The notes beneath the pieces are model-generated. The model searched no databases. It saw only the letters and a list, made by a program, of their open reading frames with translations, and was not told where the DNA came from. Positions 1-9,369 of a stretch of 64,000 bases of DNA are shown one piece after another. Position 1 is the stretch's first letter. Each line of letters begins with the position of its first letter. The DNA comes from a virus: positions 64,001-128,000 of the IMG/VR virus record IMGVR_UViG_3300045988_126550; one strand, written 5' to 3'. The position numbers and the translations under genes were made by a program.

Positions 1-1
1 A

Positions 2-2638
2 GATTATTGGAGAAGTAATTTTTTTGAACCTTTGAGAAATCATTTTGGTGATAATTTTTATCTTGAAGTTCAAGATCATAATGACCAAAATCAAATTGAA
101 TATAATAAAAAAATTATTGCATTACATCGAGAAACTGGTGTTCACATTATTCATGCTAATGACTCACATTATATTTTACCAGAAGATGCTAAGTATAGAG
201 ATTTGTTCTTAAAAGCAAAAGGAATCATTTATGAAGAAGAAAGTGGGTTTTGTCTTGATTATCCTGATTCTGATACTATTTTTCAAAGATATGAAAAGCA
301 GGGCGTCTTAATAAAAGAAGAGGTAGAAGAAGCGTTGCGAAATACTCTTATTTTTGATAATGCCGAGGGCATTTTTATTGATAAAGAGTTTAAAATCCCT
401 AAAGTAGTAGAAGGAGATAGTAATGCCATATTAAAAAAACTAATTAATGAGGGATGGAATAAAGAAAAACATAACGTTCCAAAAGAACGTCACAAAGAAT
501 ATATTCAACAAATAAGATACGAATATAAGATTATTGAAGACTGTGGGATGGCAGATTATTTTATTCTTGACCATTATGTAGTTAAAAAAGCAGTAAAAGA
601 ATATAACGCTATCTTAACTCGCAGCGGAAGAGGAAGTGCAGTTTCTTTCTATATCAATAAATTATTAGGGTTAACAGAAGTTGATAGAATTGCAGCGCCT
701 ATTAAACTTTATCCGACAAGATTTATGTCCGCTGAACGTATTTTAAATAGCAGATCGTTACCAGATATTGATCTTAATTTTGCGGATACATCACCTGTTG
801 TACAGGCTAGTAAGGATATCTTGGGACAAGATGGCATTTATTATATGATTGCGTATAAGCCGCTACAAGAATCTTCTGCATTTAGACTTTGGTGTAAAGC
901 ACATGATATGCATATTTCTGAATATGATGACATTGCAAAAAACCTAGATAGCTATTTGAATGATCCTAAGTGGAAGGATTTAATTGATGGAAGTAAAATC
1001 TTTAGAGGCGTTGTAGAAAGTGTTGCTCCTAGCCCTTGTAGTTTCTTATTGTCTAATGATAAAATTTCTGAAATGGTCGGGCTTATTAAGGTTGGAGATG
1101 AGATTTGCTGTTGCCTTGATGGTTATAACTGTGATGTTTATAAATTTCTAAAAAATGATTATCTTACCGTTTCTGTCTATCAAATCATTCATGATGTTTA
1201 TGAACTAATTGGAAGACCTATTGATGATATTAATACATTAATTAAAAATTGTGATCAGAAAGTTTGGGATGTCTACGCAAAAGGATTAACAACAACAATA
1301 AACCAAGCAGATTCAGATTATGATAAGCAGATATTAAAAAAGTATAAACCTACTAATCTTGCGGAACTTTCAGCATATGTCGCTGCTATACGCCCAGGAT
1401 TTGCATCTCTGCTTAATAATTTTATTGAGAGAAAACCATATACAACAGGGGTTAAAGAACTTGATGATATACTAGATGACTCTTTTCATTATCTTATGTA
1501 CCAAGAAAGTATTATGAAATATCTTGTCTGGTTAGGAATGGAAGAAAAAGGTACCTATGATGTTATTAAAAAGATAGCAAAGAAAAAATTTAAAGAAGAG
1601 GAATTAAATGCACTTAAACACGAGCTATTAAATGGCTGGGTTAAAAATGTAGGAGCAGAAGATGGATTTGCAGATACTTGGCAAGTTGTTACAGATGCGG
1701 CGCATTATTCATTTAACGCATCTCATAGCCTAAGTGTGGCAATCGATTCAATGTACGGAGCCTATTTAAAATCGCATTATCCTCTCGAATACTTTACGGT
1801 AGTTCTTACAATGTATAGTGGTGATATGGATCGAACTGCAAAACTTATTGATGAATTACCATACTTTGGAATTTCTCTAAAAGATATTAAATTCAGGCAT
1901 TCTAAAGCAGATTATAACTGCGATAAAGAAGAAAAAACAATTTATAAGGGGATGTCTTCCGTAAAATTTATTAATGCAGAGACATCGGATAAACTTTATG
2001 CAATGAAAGATGAACACTTTGATTCTTTCGTTGATGTCGTTAAGGCATTCCCCGGAAATAGTAGAATGCTTGATATTTTAATTAAGCTTGATTTTTTCTC
2101 TGAATTCGGAAAAATAGGTACGCTTTTACGTACTGTAGAACTCTACAACGCTTATGGTGGCAAGAAGTTGCTTAAGAAGGATAAGTGTAAGCTACCGTCC
2201 GAACTACTATCAAAGTATTGTACAGAGACTGAGAAACAGTGGCGTGTACAAGATCAAGACGGACTTATTAAAGAGCTGTGTTCTATGATCCCAGATGTTG
2301 ATGTGCCAATTCAGAGCAAAATCGAATGGTCTAAAGAGTATCTTGGCTATATCTCAACTATAATGCCAAATAAAAAGAATATTGGGTATGTTGTAGATCT
2401 TAACACTAAGTGGAGTCCTCGTGTTATAGTGTATCAACTATGGAATGGGAAAACTGTTGCATATAAAGTACAAAAGAGAGCGTATGAGAAAAATCCATTT
2501 GATAAAGGGTGCTTATTACAATTTAATTCGGAAATGCGTAATAAGAGCCGCAAAGATGAGAACGGACAATGGATTAAACTCCCAGAACAAGAACCTTGGT
2601 TAACAAATTATTTGGTAAATGTGCAATTAACCTCTTGA
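2..2638 (+). CDS. dnaE: DNA polymerase III alpha subunit (DnaE-type); N-terminus lies upstream of the window
   Basis: Frame is open from nt 2 (DYWRSNFFEP precedes the listed TTG). Motifs GRGSAVSFYINKLLGLTEVD, LPDIDLNFAD, AAIRPG and YQESIM fit Pol III alpha. TGA at 2636. Confidence 0.85.
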   Translation, partial: DYWRSNFFEPLRNHFGDNFYLEVQDHNDQNQIEYNKKIIALHRETGVHIIHANDSHYILPEDAKYRDLFLKAKGIIYEEESGFCLDYPDSDTIFQRYEKQGVLIKEEVEEALRNTLIFDNAEGIFIDKEFKIPKVVEGDSNAILKKLINEGWNKEKHNVPKERHKEYIQQIRYEYKIIEDCGMADYFILDHYVVKKAVKEYNAILTRSGRGSAVSFYINKLLGLTEVDRIAAPIKLYPTRFMSAERILNSRSLPDIDLNFADTSPVVQASKDILGQDGIYYMIAYKPLQESSAFRLWCKAHDMHISEYDDIAKNLDSYLNDPKWKDLIDGSKIFRGVVESVAPSPCSFLLSNDKISEMVGLIKVGDEICCCLDGYNCDVYKFLKNDYLTVSVYQIIHDVYELIGRPIDDINTLIKNCDQKVWDVYAKGLTTTINQADSDYDKQILKKYKPTNLAELSAYVAAIRPGFASLLNNFIERKPYTTGVKELDDILDDSFHYLMYQESIMKYLVWLGMEEKGTYDVIKKIAKKKFKEEELNALKHELLNGWVKNVGAEDGFADTWQVVTDAAHYSFNASHSLSVAIDSMYGAYLKSHYPLEYFTVVLTMYSGDMDRTAKLIDELPYFGISLKDIKFRHSKADYNCDKEEKTIYKGMSSVKFINAETSDKLYAMKDEHFDSFVDVVKAFPGNSRMLDILIKLDFFSEFGKIGTLLRTVELYNAYGGKKLLKKDKCKLPSELLSKYCTETEKQWRVQDQDGLIKELCSMIPDVDVPIQSKIEWSKEYLGYISTIMPNKKNIGYVVDLNTKWSPRVIVYQLWNGKTVAYKVQKRAYEKNPFDKGCLLQFNSEMRNKSRKDENGQWIKLPEQEPWLTNYLVNVQLTS

Positions 2639-2662
2639 CAAATCCAAAATCTATGCTATAAT
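2635..2662 (+). promoter_or_regulatory. sigma-A type promoter (cTTGACAaat, 16-nt spacer, TGcTATAAT), first of a tandem pair
   Basis: -35 at 2635-2640 overlaps the dnaE stop codon. Extended -10 at 2654-2662. Followed by a 10-bp-stem hairpin at 2677-2715. Confidence 0.7.
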
Positions 2663-2716
2663 ACAGACACAGTCAAGGGGCGATTCAAGCACTTACACAT
2701 ACTGCGAATCGTCCTC

Positions 2717-2760
2717 TTGACAAATTAAAATTTTGTGTTATAATCACAATACAAAATTAA
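2717..2760 (+). promoter_or_regulatory. sigma-A type promoter plus conserved CAATACAAAATTAA leader element
   Basis: -35 at 2717-2722, TGtTATAAT ending at 2744, 14-mer at 2747-2760, then GGAG and ATG at 2777. Confidence 0.75.
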
Positions 2761-2776
2761 TGAAGGAGAATTTAAA

Positions 2777-2971
2777 ATGAAGATGATCCCTGAAAAAGAC
2801 AGAGACTTTCGGAAGTGTTACTTCTGTGGTGGCTTTCACACCAAAGAAAATCCTGTGGCTTTTGAACTGGATGTAGATGAGACAACTATTCCAGAGAGTG
2901 AAGCAAAGTTTCTCGGCGGTTCAGTTTATTGTTGTAAAAAGTGCTTAGAGAAGGAGTGGATGGCAACATAA
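2777..2971 (+). CDS. small Cys-rich (Zn-ribbon-like) hypothetical protein
   Basis: RBS gaaggag; CYFCGG...CCKKC cysteine pairs. Confidence 0.6.
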   Translation: MKMIPEKDRDFRKCYFCGGFHTKENPVAFELDVDETTIPESEAKFLGGSVYCCKKCLEKEWMAT

Positions 2972-3055
2972 TGGAACTTATGATTTTGGCAGTTATTGCT
3001 TTTGTTTTTGGTGGCATCTGGTGCGCTATCTTTGGAAGGAATTGGAGGAAGACAG

Positions 3056-3418
3056 ATGACGATTCTGAATCAATACGAGATTCTTAAAAATGTAACCCCG
3101 ACTTGGTGGCATGTTGTTCTTACTTTGTGGCATGTTGTTCTTATAGTGAGTGTTGTAGCTATTATGGTCATGACTAGTATCGAATGCAAAACTAATTCGG
3201 ATTCTTTGCTGTTAGCTATATTTTGCATTGTCATCTTCGGTCTCATATGGGCAGGGGGAGTAAAGCTAATTGTGACTAAAAAGGACGTTCCAACAGGTCG
3301 CTATCGTTACGAGTGCACAATTGACGATGACGCGTCATTCGTTGATATTTATGAGAAGTACATTGTAGTTGAGCGACGTGGAGATTTGTGGATTTTGGAG
3401 GACAAAGATGAGACTTGA
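3056..3418 (+). CDS. membrane protein, paralog of 4259..4582
   Basis: Start moved to ATG 3056 (RBS ggagga). MTILNQY... N-terminus, two hydrophobic segments and the C-terminal RRGDLWILEDK are shared with 4259..4582. Confidence 0.65.
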   Translation: MTILNQYEILKNVTPTWWHVVLTLWHVVLIVSVVAIMVMTSIECKTNSDSLLLAIFCIVIFGLIWAGGVKLIVTKKDVPTGRYRYECTIDDDASFVDIYEKYIVVERRGDLWILEDKDET

Positions 3419-3590
3419 CGACTTATTCATTTGTCCAAAGTGCCAGAGCAATGACCACAAAGAGATTAGTGAGGATTTTTGTATCGAGGATAGCAACTAC
3501 CATGTAAAATGTCGTTGTAATAATTGTGGATATCTTTATGGTTATCGTTTTGGCTTCGATTTTTATCTGGATGAAGAAGAGGAGAATTGA
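3408..3590 (+). CDS. small Zn-ribbon protein
   Basis: ATG 3408 after GGAGG, overlapping the upstream stop. CPKC...CNNCG. Confidence 0.55.
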   Translation: MRLDDLFICPKCQSNDHKEISEDFCIEDSNYHVKCRCNNCGYLYGYRFGFDFYLDEEEEN

Positions 3591-3591
3591 A

Positions 3592-4065
3592 ATGACTTAT
3601 ACTTTTGGCAGACAGGTTCCCACTGGCTATTATGCGTATCTCAATCGAAAGGGCACTCTCATCATTGGGAGACACACTTGTGATGGAAGATGTAATATCT
3701 TTTCAGGTAGCTATAGCGAAGCGAAAGAGCGTGGTCTTATCAATCGTCTTGCTTTTGATGCTCCGCGCATTCATCGAAATATCGCAGAACATTATGAAGA
3801 TTGGCCGGAAATTAGTCGCCCGAAGGTTGAAAATAGAATTATTGGTTTCAATGATTGGTTTGAAGGTTTGGAGGAAGCCAATCAGAATGGATGGGAACTT
3901 ATGTCAAGTCGTGAAAGACAATTCGTGGTTGGTCTTGGCGATCACGTAAGATCGTTTGACTATGATTTGGGTCCTCACGATAAGGTCTATTCGCAGTATA
4001 GCTACGTGTTACGACGTGTTCCGCGCGACATCAATACGGATAAAGTTATTCATGAGGAGGGCTAA
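3592..4065 (+). CDS. hypothetical protein
   Basis: ATG 3592 after gaggag; the ORF track start at 3526 lacks an RBS. Confidence 0.55.
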   Translation: MTYTFGRQVPTGYYAYLNRKGTLIIGRHTCDGRCNIFSGSYSEAKERGLINRLAFDAPRIHRNIAEHYEDWPEISRPKVENRIIGFNDWFEGLEEANQNGWELMSSRERQFVVGLGDHVRSFDYDLGPHDKVYSQYSYVLRRVPRDINTDKVIHEEG

Positions 4066-4070
4066 TTATA

Positions 4071-4259
4071 ATGAGTATCAATATTTGGGACGTTGAGATT
4101 ATTGACGAAACAACGAGATGTATTCTTCAGCACATCTATTTCTTTACTCGTAAAAGCGCTGAGCAATACGGGCAGAGACACACGAAAGAGTGGAGACAGA
4201 ATGGTTGGGTTTGGGCTATGGGTGGCGAGCCTCTGTATTTTGGGAGGATTAGAGACTGA
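4071..4259 (+). CDS. hypothetical protein
   Basis: RBS gaggaggg; stop overlaps the next start (TGATG). Confidence 0.5.
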   Translation: MSINIWDVEIIDETTRCILQHIYFFTRKSAEQYGQRHTKEWRQNGWVWAMGGEPLYFGRIRD

Positions 4260-4582
4260 TGACGATTGTAAATCAGTATCCTGTAATGGAAAGCGGGCCA
4301 GCTTGGCTTGGTCTTTTGCTTGGAATTTGTTGTGTAGTCGGCGTACTTCTTACTATCTTAGCTTTATCAGATAAAATGTATGGTATAGCAATAGGAACTG
4401 GAATTTTTTGGGCACTTTCCCTGATTGGTCTTATTGTTGTAATCCATGGTAAGAAAACTGATAGGTCTTGTTATGAGTGTTTGATTGATGATACGACGCC
4501 TTTCGTAGAAGTGATTGAGAATTACAATATTACCGGCCGGCGCGGGGACTTATGGATTTTGGAGGATAAAGTAGATGAGTAA
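4259..4582 (+). CDS. membrane protein, paralog of 3056..3418
   Basis: MTIVNQY..., two TM segments, C-terminal RRGDLWILEDK. Confidence 0.65.
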   Translation: MTIVNQYPVMESGPAWLGLLLGICCVVGVLLTILALSDKMYGIAIGTGIFWALSLIGLIVVIHGKKTDRSCYECLIDDTTPFVEVIENYNITGRRGDLWILEDKVDE

Positions 4583-4715
4583 TATTCGCTTTGATATTTA
4601 TCTACAAAGAGAAAATCTTCACTTTGGTGTCAAAGAAGGTATTTCTTTGGACGAACTTGCTTCTGTTCTTTCTTCTTTTTTTGAAAGTGGAGAAAATTGG
4701 CATAAGATGAAGTAG
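4575..4715 (+). CDS. possible 46-aa ORF (not in the track)
   Basis: ATG 4575 lies 9 nt after GGAGG and overlaps the upstream stop. Translation MSNIRFDIYLQRENL...HKMK. Confidence 0.35.
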   Translation: MSNIRFDIYLQRENLHFGVKEGISLDELASVLSSFFESGENWHKMK

Positions 4716-4828
4716 TGCTGGCTTGAAAATGGGAAGTCTAGGGATTTTCAACATTTGATGAAAGAAGCACTACTTGGGGCTTATGACACTTTCTGTATGG
4801 ATGATTTGGTTTGAAAGGAGATTTGGAA

Positions 4829-5434
4829 ATGTCTGTAATTCGTTGTAAAATTCCCTCAAATAGTGTTGAATGGTCAGACCCAAATGGGAAACCCGGAAGA
4901 AAGGATTTTGAAATGGAAAATTACATTATGCTTGATGGTCGTAAGTTTGAACTGGATAGCGTTTTGGCAGAGAAGCTTCGCGCGACTGTCAACAATCAAA
5001 AACTTGAAAACGAAAAGAAAAGGAACCCTTTTGAGCGGCAAAAGAAAGAACTATTCTACTATTTTATCGATATCGATGGCACAGTCGGTGAATATAAAGA
5101 AAAGTTTTATGCAAGCGATGACGACCTTTATAATATTGGCAACTACTGCACTGATAAGAAGCTAATGAGTCAGCGCGCACTTCATGAAACTTTGAATAGA
5201 CTTCTTTGGAGATTTTCTCTTGAGAATGGTGGAGATGGTGAATGGAATGGGAATGATGCCCATTACTATATTACTTTTCAGTCTGGGGTTGGAGAAAAAA
5301 AGTTACAAGTAGACTGGACTTCACAGTGGCGTCATCAAGGAACAGTTTTCTTTTCTTCGAGGTGCGTTGCAGAAAGAGCTATTGACGAAATCGTGAAACC
5401 TTTTATGGTAGAGCATCCTGAATTTGTGTGGTAA
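4829..5434 (+). CDS. hypothetical protein
   Basis: ATG 4829 after aaaggag. Confidence 0.55.
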   Translation: MSVIRCKIPSNSVEWSDPNGKPGRKDFEMENYIMLDGRKFELDSVLAEKLRATVNNQKLENEKKRNPFERQKKELFYYFIDIDGTVGEYKEKFYASDDDLYNIGNYCTDKKLMSQRALHETLNRLLWRFSLENGGDGEWNGNDAHYYITFQSGVGEKKLQVDWTSQWRHQGTVFFSSRCVAERAIDEIVKPFMVEHPEFVW

Positions 5435-5446
5435 GGAGAATTGAAG

Positions 5447-5728
5447 ATGAACATCTATAAGATTTGGGTCGATGATTGGCTTGGTTATGATACCTTTGAT
5501 AGCGCGATTGTCGTGGCTAAGGGCGAGGAGTCTGCGCGTCATATTCATCCGCGAGGAGAGGCGCGTGGGTGGAATAACGAGACTGGGCGCTATGATAAGC
5601 CGTGGTATGAGAGTGATGAATGTCTTGAAAGTTGGGTAAAACCAGAAAGAGTAAATGTTAGATTGGTTGGCACAACAGAGATTTTCCACGAAGGAACTGT
5701 GTTGTGCGCGAGCTATAATGCTGGTTGA
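5447..5728 (+). CDS. hypothetical protein
   Basis: ATG 5447 lies 9 nt after AAGGAG. Confidence 0.55.
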   Translation: MNIYKIWVDDWLGYDTFDSAIVVAKGEESARHIHPRGEARGWNNETGRYDKPWYESDECLESWVKPERVNVRLVGTTEIFHEGTVLCASYNAG

Positions 5729-5738
5729 GGGTGAATAT

Positions 5739-5885
5739 ATGGGATATCAAGTAAAACTTTGCGAAACAATTTCTGATTTGAAGGCTTTTGTCAGAGAAGC
5801 CAATATAAGAGGTTATGAAATTATTACTATGACAACAGCTATGTGCGGTTATAATTCTTACTATACGGTGCTTTATAGGAGCTGA
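5739..5885 (+). CDS. hypothetical protein
   Basis: ATG 5739 after gagggtg; the upstream part of the track ORF overlaps the previous gene. Confidence 0.45.
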   Translation: MGYQVKLCETISDLKAFVREANIRGYEIITMTTAMCGYNSYYTVLYRS

Positions 5886-5889
5886 TAGA

Positions 5890-6099
5890 ATGGAAATAAC
5901 TTACTGCCCGAAATGTGGCGCTAAACTTTATTCAAATACGGCTGGATATTACTGCACGAATCTTATTTGTCTCCTTCATATTCGCCCGAATGGAGATTGG
6001 GATGAAAACCCGTGGTGGTATTTTATGCCACCAGAAGATTATTATCGCACTTATTATGAAGTGGATGAAAATCCAAAGGAGGTTCGTCAATGGATGTAA
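5890..6099 (+). CDS. small Zn-ribbon protein
   Basis: CPKCGAKL...YCTNLIC. Confidence 0.55.
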   Translation: MEITYCPKCGAKLYSNTAGYYCTNLICLLHIRPNGDWDENPWWYFMPPEDYYRTYYEVDENPKEVRQWM

Positions 6100-6111
6100 A
6101 GGAGAAAAGTT

Positions 6112-6384
6112 ATGAACAATCCTAAGTGTCGCTATTGTGGTCAACCGATGAAAATTGACGATATTGATTATTATAACGTATATTACAAATGCGATTGTGA
6201 AGGGTATCAAAAAGAACGAAAATTAGTGGAAGAAATAGATTATTTGAAGTATCAACGTGTGCAGAAAATTAGAGAATTGGAAAATCATCGTAGTACAGGT
6301 GTGTATTTGAAGAAGAGAAATTCGTTGAAGTCTTCTATTAGAGAACTCGATAGTGAATACGAAAAAGAACCGGAGGTAAAGTAA
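6112..6384 (+). CDS. small Cys-rich protein with a coiled-coil tail
   Basis: RBS aaaggag; CRYCGQ...CDCEG. Confidence 0.55.
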   Translation: MNNPKCRYCGQPMKIDDIDYYNVYYKCDCEGYQKERKLVEEIDYLKYQRVQKIRELENHRSTGVYLKKRNSLKSSIRELDSEYEKEPEVK

Positions 6385-6624
6385 ATGGTTACAAAGAAAA
6401 ATTGGCGTGATGAGTATGTGAATAAGGGCGAATTCTATGACGCAGTGATGCTTATGGCGAAACATCAGAATGGGGATCGTCAGCAGGGCATTCTTGGAGT
6501 GCTTGAAACTCTAAAGATGTGGAATGGTAATAGAAAGCCTACTATTGAGGAAATTGCTATTCCTGCTACTGAGAAGGCACCAGATTGGTTCACTGGTGGA
6601 ATGAGAGACGATATTTTAGGATAA
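6385..6624 (+). CDS. hypothetical protein
   Basis: RBS ggaggt; tightly packed with the upstream gene. Confidence 0.5.
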   Translation: MVTKKNWRDEYVNKGEFYDAVMLMAKHQNGDRQQGILGVLETLKMWNGNRKPTIEEIAIPATEKAPDWFTGGMRDDILG

Positions 6625-6666
6625 CTTATGGAAGAAAACTAATTTCAAAAAAACATGTTAAACCCC

Positions 6667-6725
6667 TTGACAAATAAGAAAAACGTGTTATAATCTAGAC
6701 GGTAAGAAACACAAAACAAAATTAA
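6667..6725 (+). promoter_or_regulatory. sigma-A type promoter plus ACAAAATTAA leader element
   Basis: cTTGACAaat at 6666-6675, TGtTATAAT ending at 6694, aaaACAAAATTAA ending at 6725. Confidence 0.75.
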
Positions 6726-6752
6726 AGTAAAATCAAAAAGGAGAATTGAGTT

Positions 6753-7334
6753 ATGACAAATGTGTTCAATGGCATGTTCGGAAAGATTGCTCCCGGTATG
6801 TGCCGACTTTCTATGAGCGGAGGAATCGCTGTTAAGACTTCCAATGGCTATAAGAGCTATAATGTGAAGAATGGGCGTCTCACAAATTGTGACAGCTTTG
6901 TTTTTGACATCGGCGAAGAGTTCTTCTTCGTTATGCCAACCAACAAGGTTGAAGTTGGAGACATTATTCTAGTGTCTGGCAAGCCAAAGTGTGTTATTAA
7001 GGCTGAGAAGGAGACCATTACGGTTATTAATTATGAGGATTCTACTGTAGAAACCATCCTCCCTGAGCGTCATGTATTTATGGGAAGTACTTATTTCTAT
7101 GGTAAGATCGTATCTATGTTCGGTAACAATTTTATGAAGGGCAAGAAGGGCATGGACAAGATGATGTCCTATATGATTATGTCCGAAATGATGAAGGGTG
7201 GCAATGGTTCCAGCAACGGAATGAATTCTATGCTTCCTATGATGATGCTTATGAATGGCGGCAATATGTCGGATATGTTCAGCGGCATGTTTGATTTTGA
7301 TATTGATACGTCTGATGAAAGTGAGGTTGAGTAA
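6753..7334 (+). CDS. hypothetical protein with a Met/Gly/Asn-rich low-complexity C-terminus
   Basis: RBS aaggag; C-terminal MMSYMIMSEMMKGGNGSSNGMNSMLPMMMLMNGGNM. Confidence 0.6.
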   Translation: MTNVFNGMFGKIAPGMCRLSMSGGIAVKTSNGYKSYNVKNGRLTNCDSFVFDIGEEFFFVMPTNKVEVGDIILVSGKPKCVIKAEKETITVINYEDSTVETILPERHVFMGSTYFYGKIVSMFGNNFMKGKKGMDKMMSYMIMSEMMKGGNGSSNGMNSMLPMMMLMNGGNMSDMFSGMFDFDIDTSDESEVE

Positions 7335-7336
7335 TT

Positions 7337-8200
7337 ATGGGTGGCGGTTCTTGGACGAGAGATAGCTTTACTAGCTATGTAACTACTGCAAAGTGTGCAA
7401 TGGTAGACGATTTTGGTGTTGTCAGAGGACTAAATAGTGTTCAGGATAATTTTAAGTCGAGATGTCTAGTGGCGGAGCTTAATCCTAAAAATGTTGTTCG
7501 CGAGTGTGTAGATTCCGCAGAACATCCTAATACAAAGCCTGTTATTCTGGCGCTCGATGTAACTGGCAGTATGGGAAGTGCAGCAATGGAAGTTGCAAAG
7601 CAGATCAATGTTGTTATGACAAGCCTATATGAGAAGATGACAGATGTTGAATTTATGATTATGGGTATTGGAGATCTTGCTTATGATAACGCTCCAATTC
7701 AAGCGTCTCAGTTTGAATCAGATATCAGAATCGCAGAACAGCTTGATAAGATTTATTTTGAGGGCGGTGGCGGCGGCAATTCTTATGAGTCCTATACTGC
7801 CGCATGGTATTTTGGGCTTAATCATACCAAGCTAGATTGTTGGAGTCGTGGGCAGAAGGGTGTTATTATTACAATGGGTGATGAACCTTTGAATCCGTAT
7901 CTGCCTAAGAATACTCTATCTGTTGCGACTGGTGATAATCTACAGGATGATGTTGAGACAGCTCAGCTTTATAAGGACGCTTCTGGAAAGTTCGATATCT
8001 ACCATTTGTATGTAAAGCATGGGTATGGTCGTTATGAAGAAGCTGTTAAGGATACTTTCGGCAAGTTTCTTGATGCGAATCATCTCAAGACTACATCTGT
8101 AAATAAGATTGCAGATGATATTATTGAAATTGTAACAAATGCATTTACTGGAAGCGATACAAGTACATTTGTAAATACTAGTGAAGGAATTTCTTGGTAA
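7337..8200 (+). CDS. von Willebrand factor A (vWA) domain protein
   Basis: MIDAS-like ILALDVTGSMGS followed by an alpha/beta pattern. Confidence 0.65.
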   Translation: MGGGSWTRDSFTSYVTTAKCAMVDDFGVVRGLNSVQDNFKSRCLVAELNPKNVVRECVDSAEHPNTKPVILALDVTGSMGSAAMEVAKQINVVMTSLYEKMTDVEFMIMGIGDLAYDNAPIQASQFESDIRIAEQLDKIYFEGGGGGNSYESYTAAWYFGLNHTKLDCWSRGQKGVIITMGDEPLNPYLPKNTLSVATGDNLQDDVETAQLYKDASGKFDIYHLYVKHGYGRYEEAVKDTFGKFLDANHLKTTSVNKIADDIIEIVTNAFTGSDTSTFVNTSEGISW

Positions 8201-8214
8201 GAGGAGATAAACAC

Positions 8215-9363
8215 ATGTCTAATGTTAAAGTAGTAATCGGTAGCAACTTTGGGGACGAAGGAAAAGGATTGATGACTGATTATTTCTGCGCAGAAGCAAA
8301 AAAGCGGAATGAATCCTGTATTGTTGTTTTATCCAATGGCGGAGCACAGAGAGGGCATACTGTGGTTACGCCAGATGGCATTAGACATGTGTTTCATCAT
8401 TTTGGTTCTGGCACTTTTGCAGAAGCCCCTACATATTTTAGCGAGCAATATATTTTAAATCCTATGACTTTTAGAAAAGAGTATGAAGAATTGGATTCTT
8501 TAGGCTTTAAGCCACTCGTTTGTGCGCATTGGAATTGCAGATGGTCAACGCCGTATGATGTGATCGTAAATCAAATTCTTGAAGATAGTCGTGGAGAAAA
8601 TCGACATGGATCTTGTGGCATGGGAATCTGGGAAACTATCTGTAGATATACAAGCGCTGGAGCACCATCATTGCGGCATTTTAATATGATGAGCGAAGAA
8701 TATAAAGTTCAATTTCTCAAAAATATTAGAGATAAATATATGCCGCAGAGATTGGCATCTGCGAACCCAGATGTAGTAAAACAGTGGGAAGAAATTCTAT
8801 ATTCTGATAATCTAATTTATAATTTTATTGATGATATTCAGTTTATGTGCTCACATATTGTTTTTGATTATGGACGCATATTGAGACGATACGACAATGT
8901 TGTATTTGAAAATGGGCAAGGTCTTCTGCTAGATCAGAACCAAACAAGATACGGAGACAATACAACTCCTAGCAATACTGGGATTCAGAACCCACATGTG
9001 ATTATTGAAAAGTATTTATTTGGCGCCAACGTTGAAGTGTGTTATGTTACAAGAACATACCTGACAAGACATGGTGCTGGGGCTTTTGATAGTGAATGTG
9101 ATAAATCTGAAATCAATGACTCTATGGAAGATAGAACTAATGTACCAAATCCGTATCAGGGCAGCATTCGATATGGGAAGTTGGATGTTGATGAACTTGT
9201 AAGCAGAATCAAAAAGGATATTGGTGCGCATTCTTACAATGTATCTTTGGCAGTGACGCATTTGAACGAGTTTGACAACAAAGAGTTATTGGCACTAAAA
9301 GAGCTTAATGTTAAGTATTTGTCTTATAAGGAGACTAGAGAATTGACAGAAAAAATTTTCTGA
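8215..9363 (+). CDS. adenylosuccinate synthetase family protein (short PurA/PurZ-like)
   Basis: GSNFGDEGKG P-loop and NGGAQRGHTVV match PurA GDEGKG / GGxNAGHT. 382 aa, which is shorter than cellular PurA. ATG 8215 after gaggag. Confidence 0.7.
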   Translation: MSNVKVVIGSNFGDEGKGLMTDYFCAEAKKRNESCIVVLSNGGAQRGHTVVTPDGIRHVFHHFGSGTFAEAPTYFSEQYILNPMTFRKEYEELDSLGFKPLVCAHWNCRWSTPYDVIVNQILEDSRGENRHGSCGMGIWETICRYTSAGAPSLRHFNMMSEEYKVQFLKNIRDKYMPQRLASANPDVVKQWEEILYSDNLIYNFIDDIQFMCSHIVFDYGRILRRYDNVVFENGQGLLLDQNQTRYGDNTTPSNTGIQNPHVIIEKYLFGANVEVCYVTRTYLTRHGAGAFDSECDKSEINDSMEDRTNVPNPYQGSIRYGKLDVDELVSRIKKDIGAHSYNVSLAVTHLNEFDNKELLALKELNVKYLSYKETRELTEKIF

Positions 9364-9369
9364 AAGTAC

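Noticed and set aside
3466-3949. Overlapping track ORFs 3466-3675(-) and 3605-3949(+). The same applies to similar nested or antisense ORFs throughout, for example 4093-4374, 4863-5165, 5321-5689 and the many short ORFs inside the tape measure and Tal genes.
   Set aside because: They are embedded in or antisense to longer ORFs that have ribosome-binding sites and recognisable motifs. They have low-complexity or hydrophobic translations typical of off-frame AT-rich sequence.
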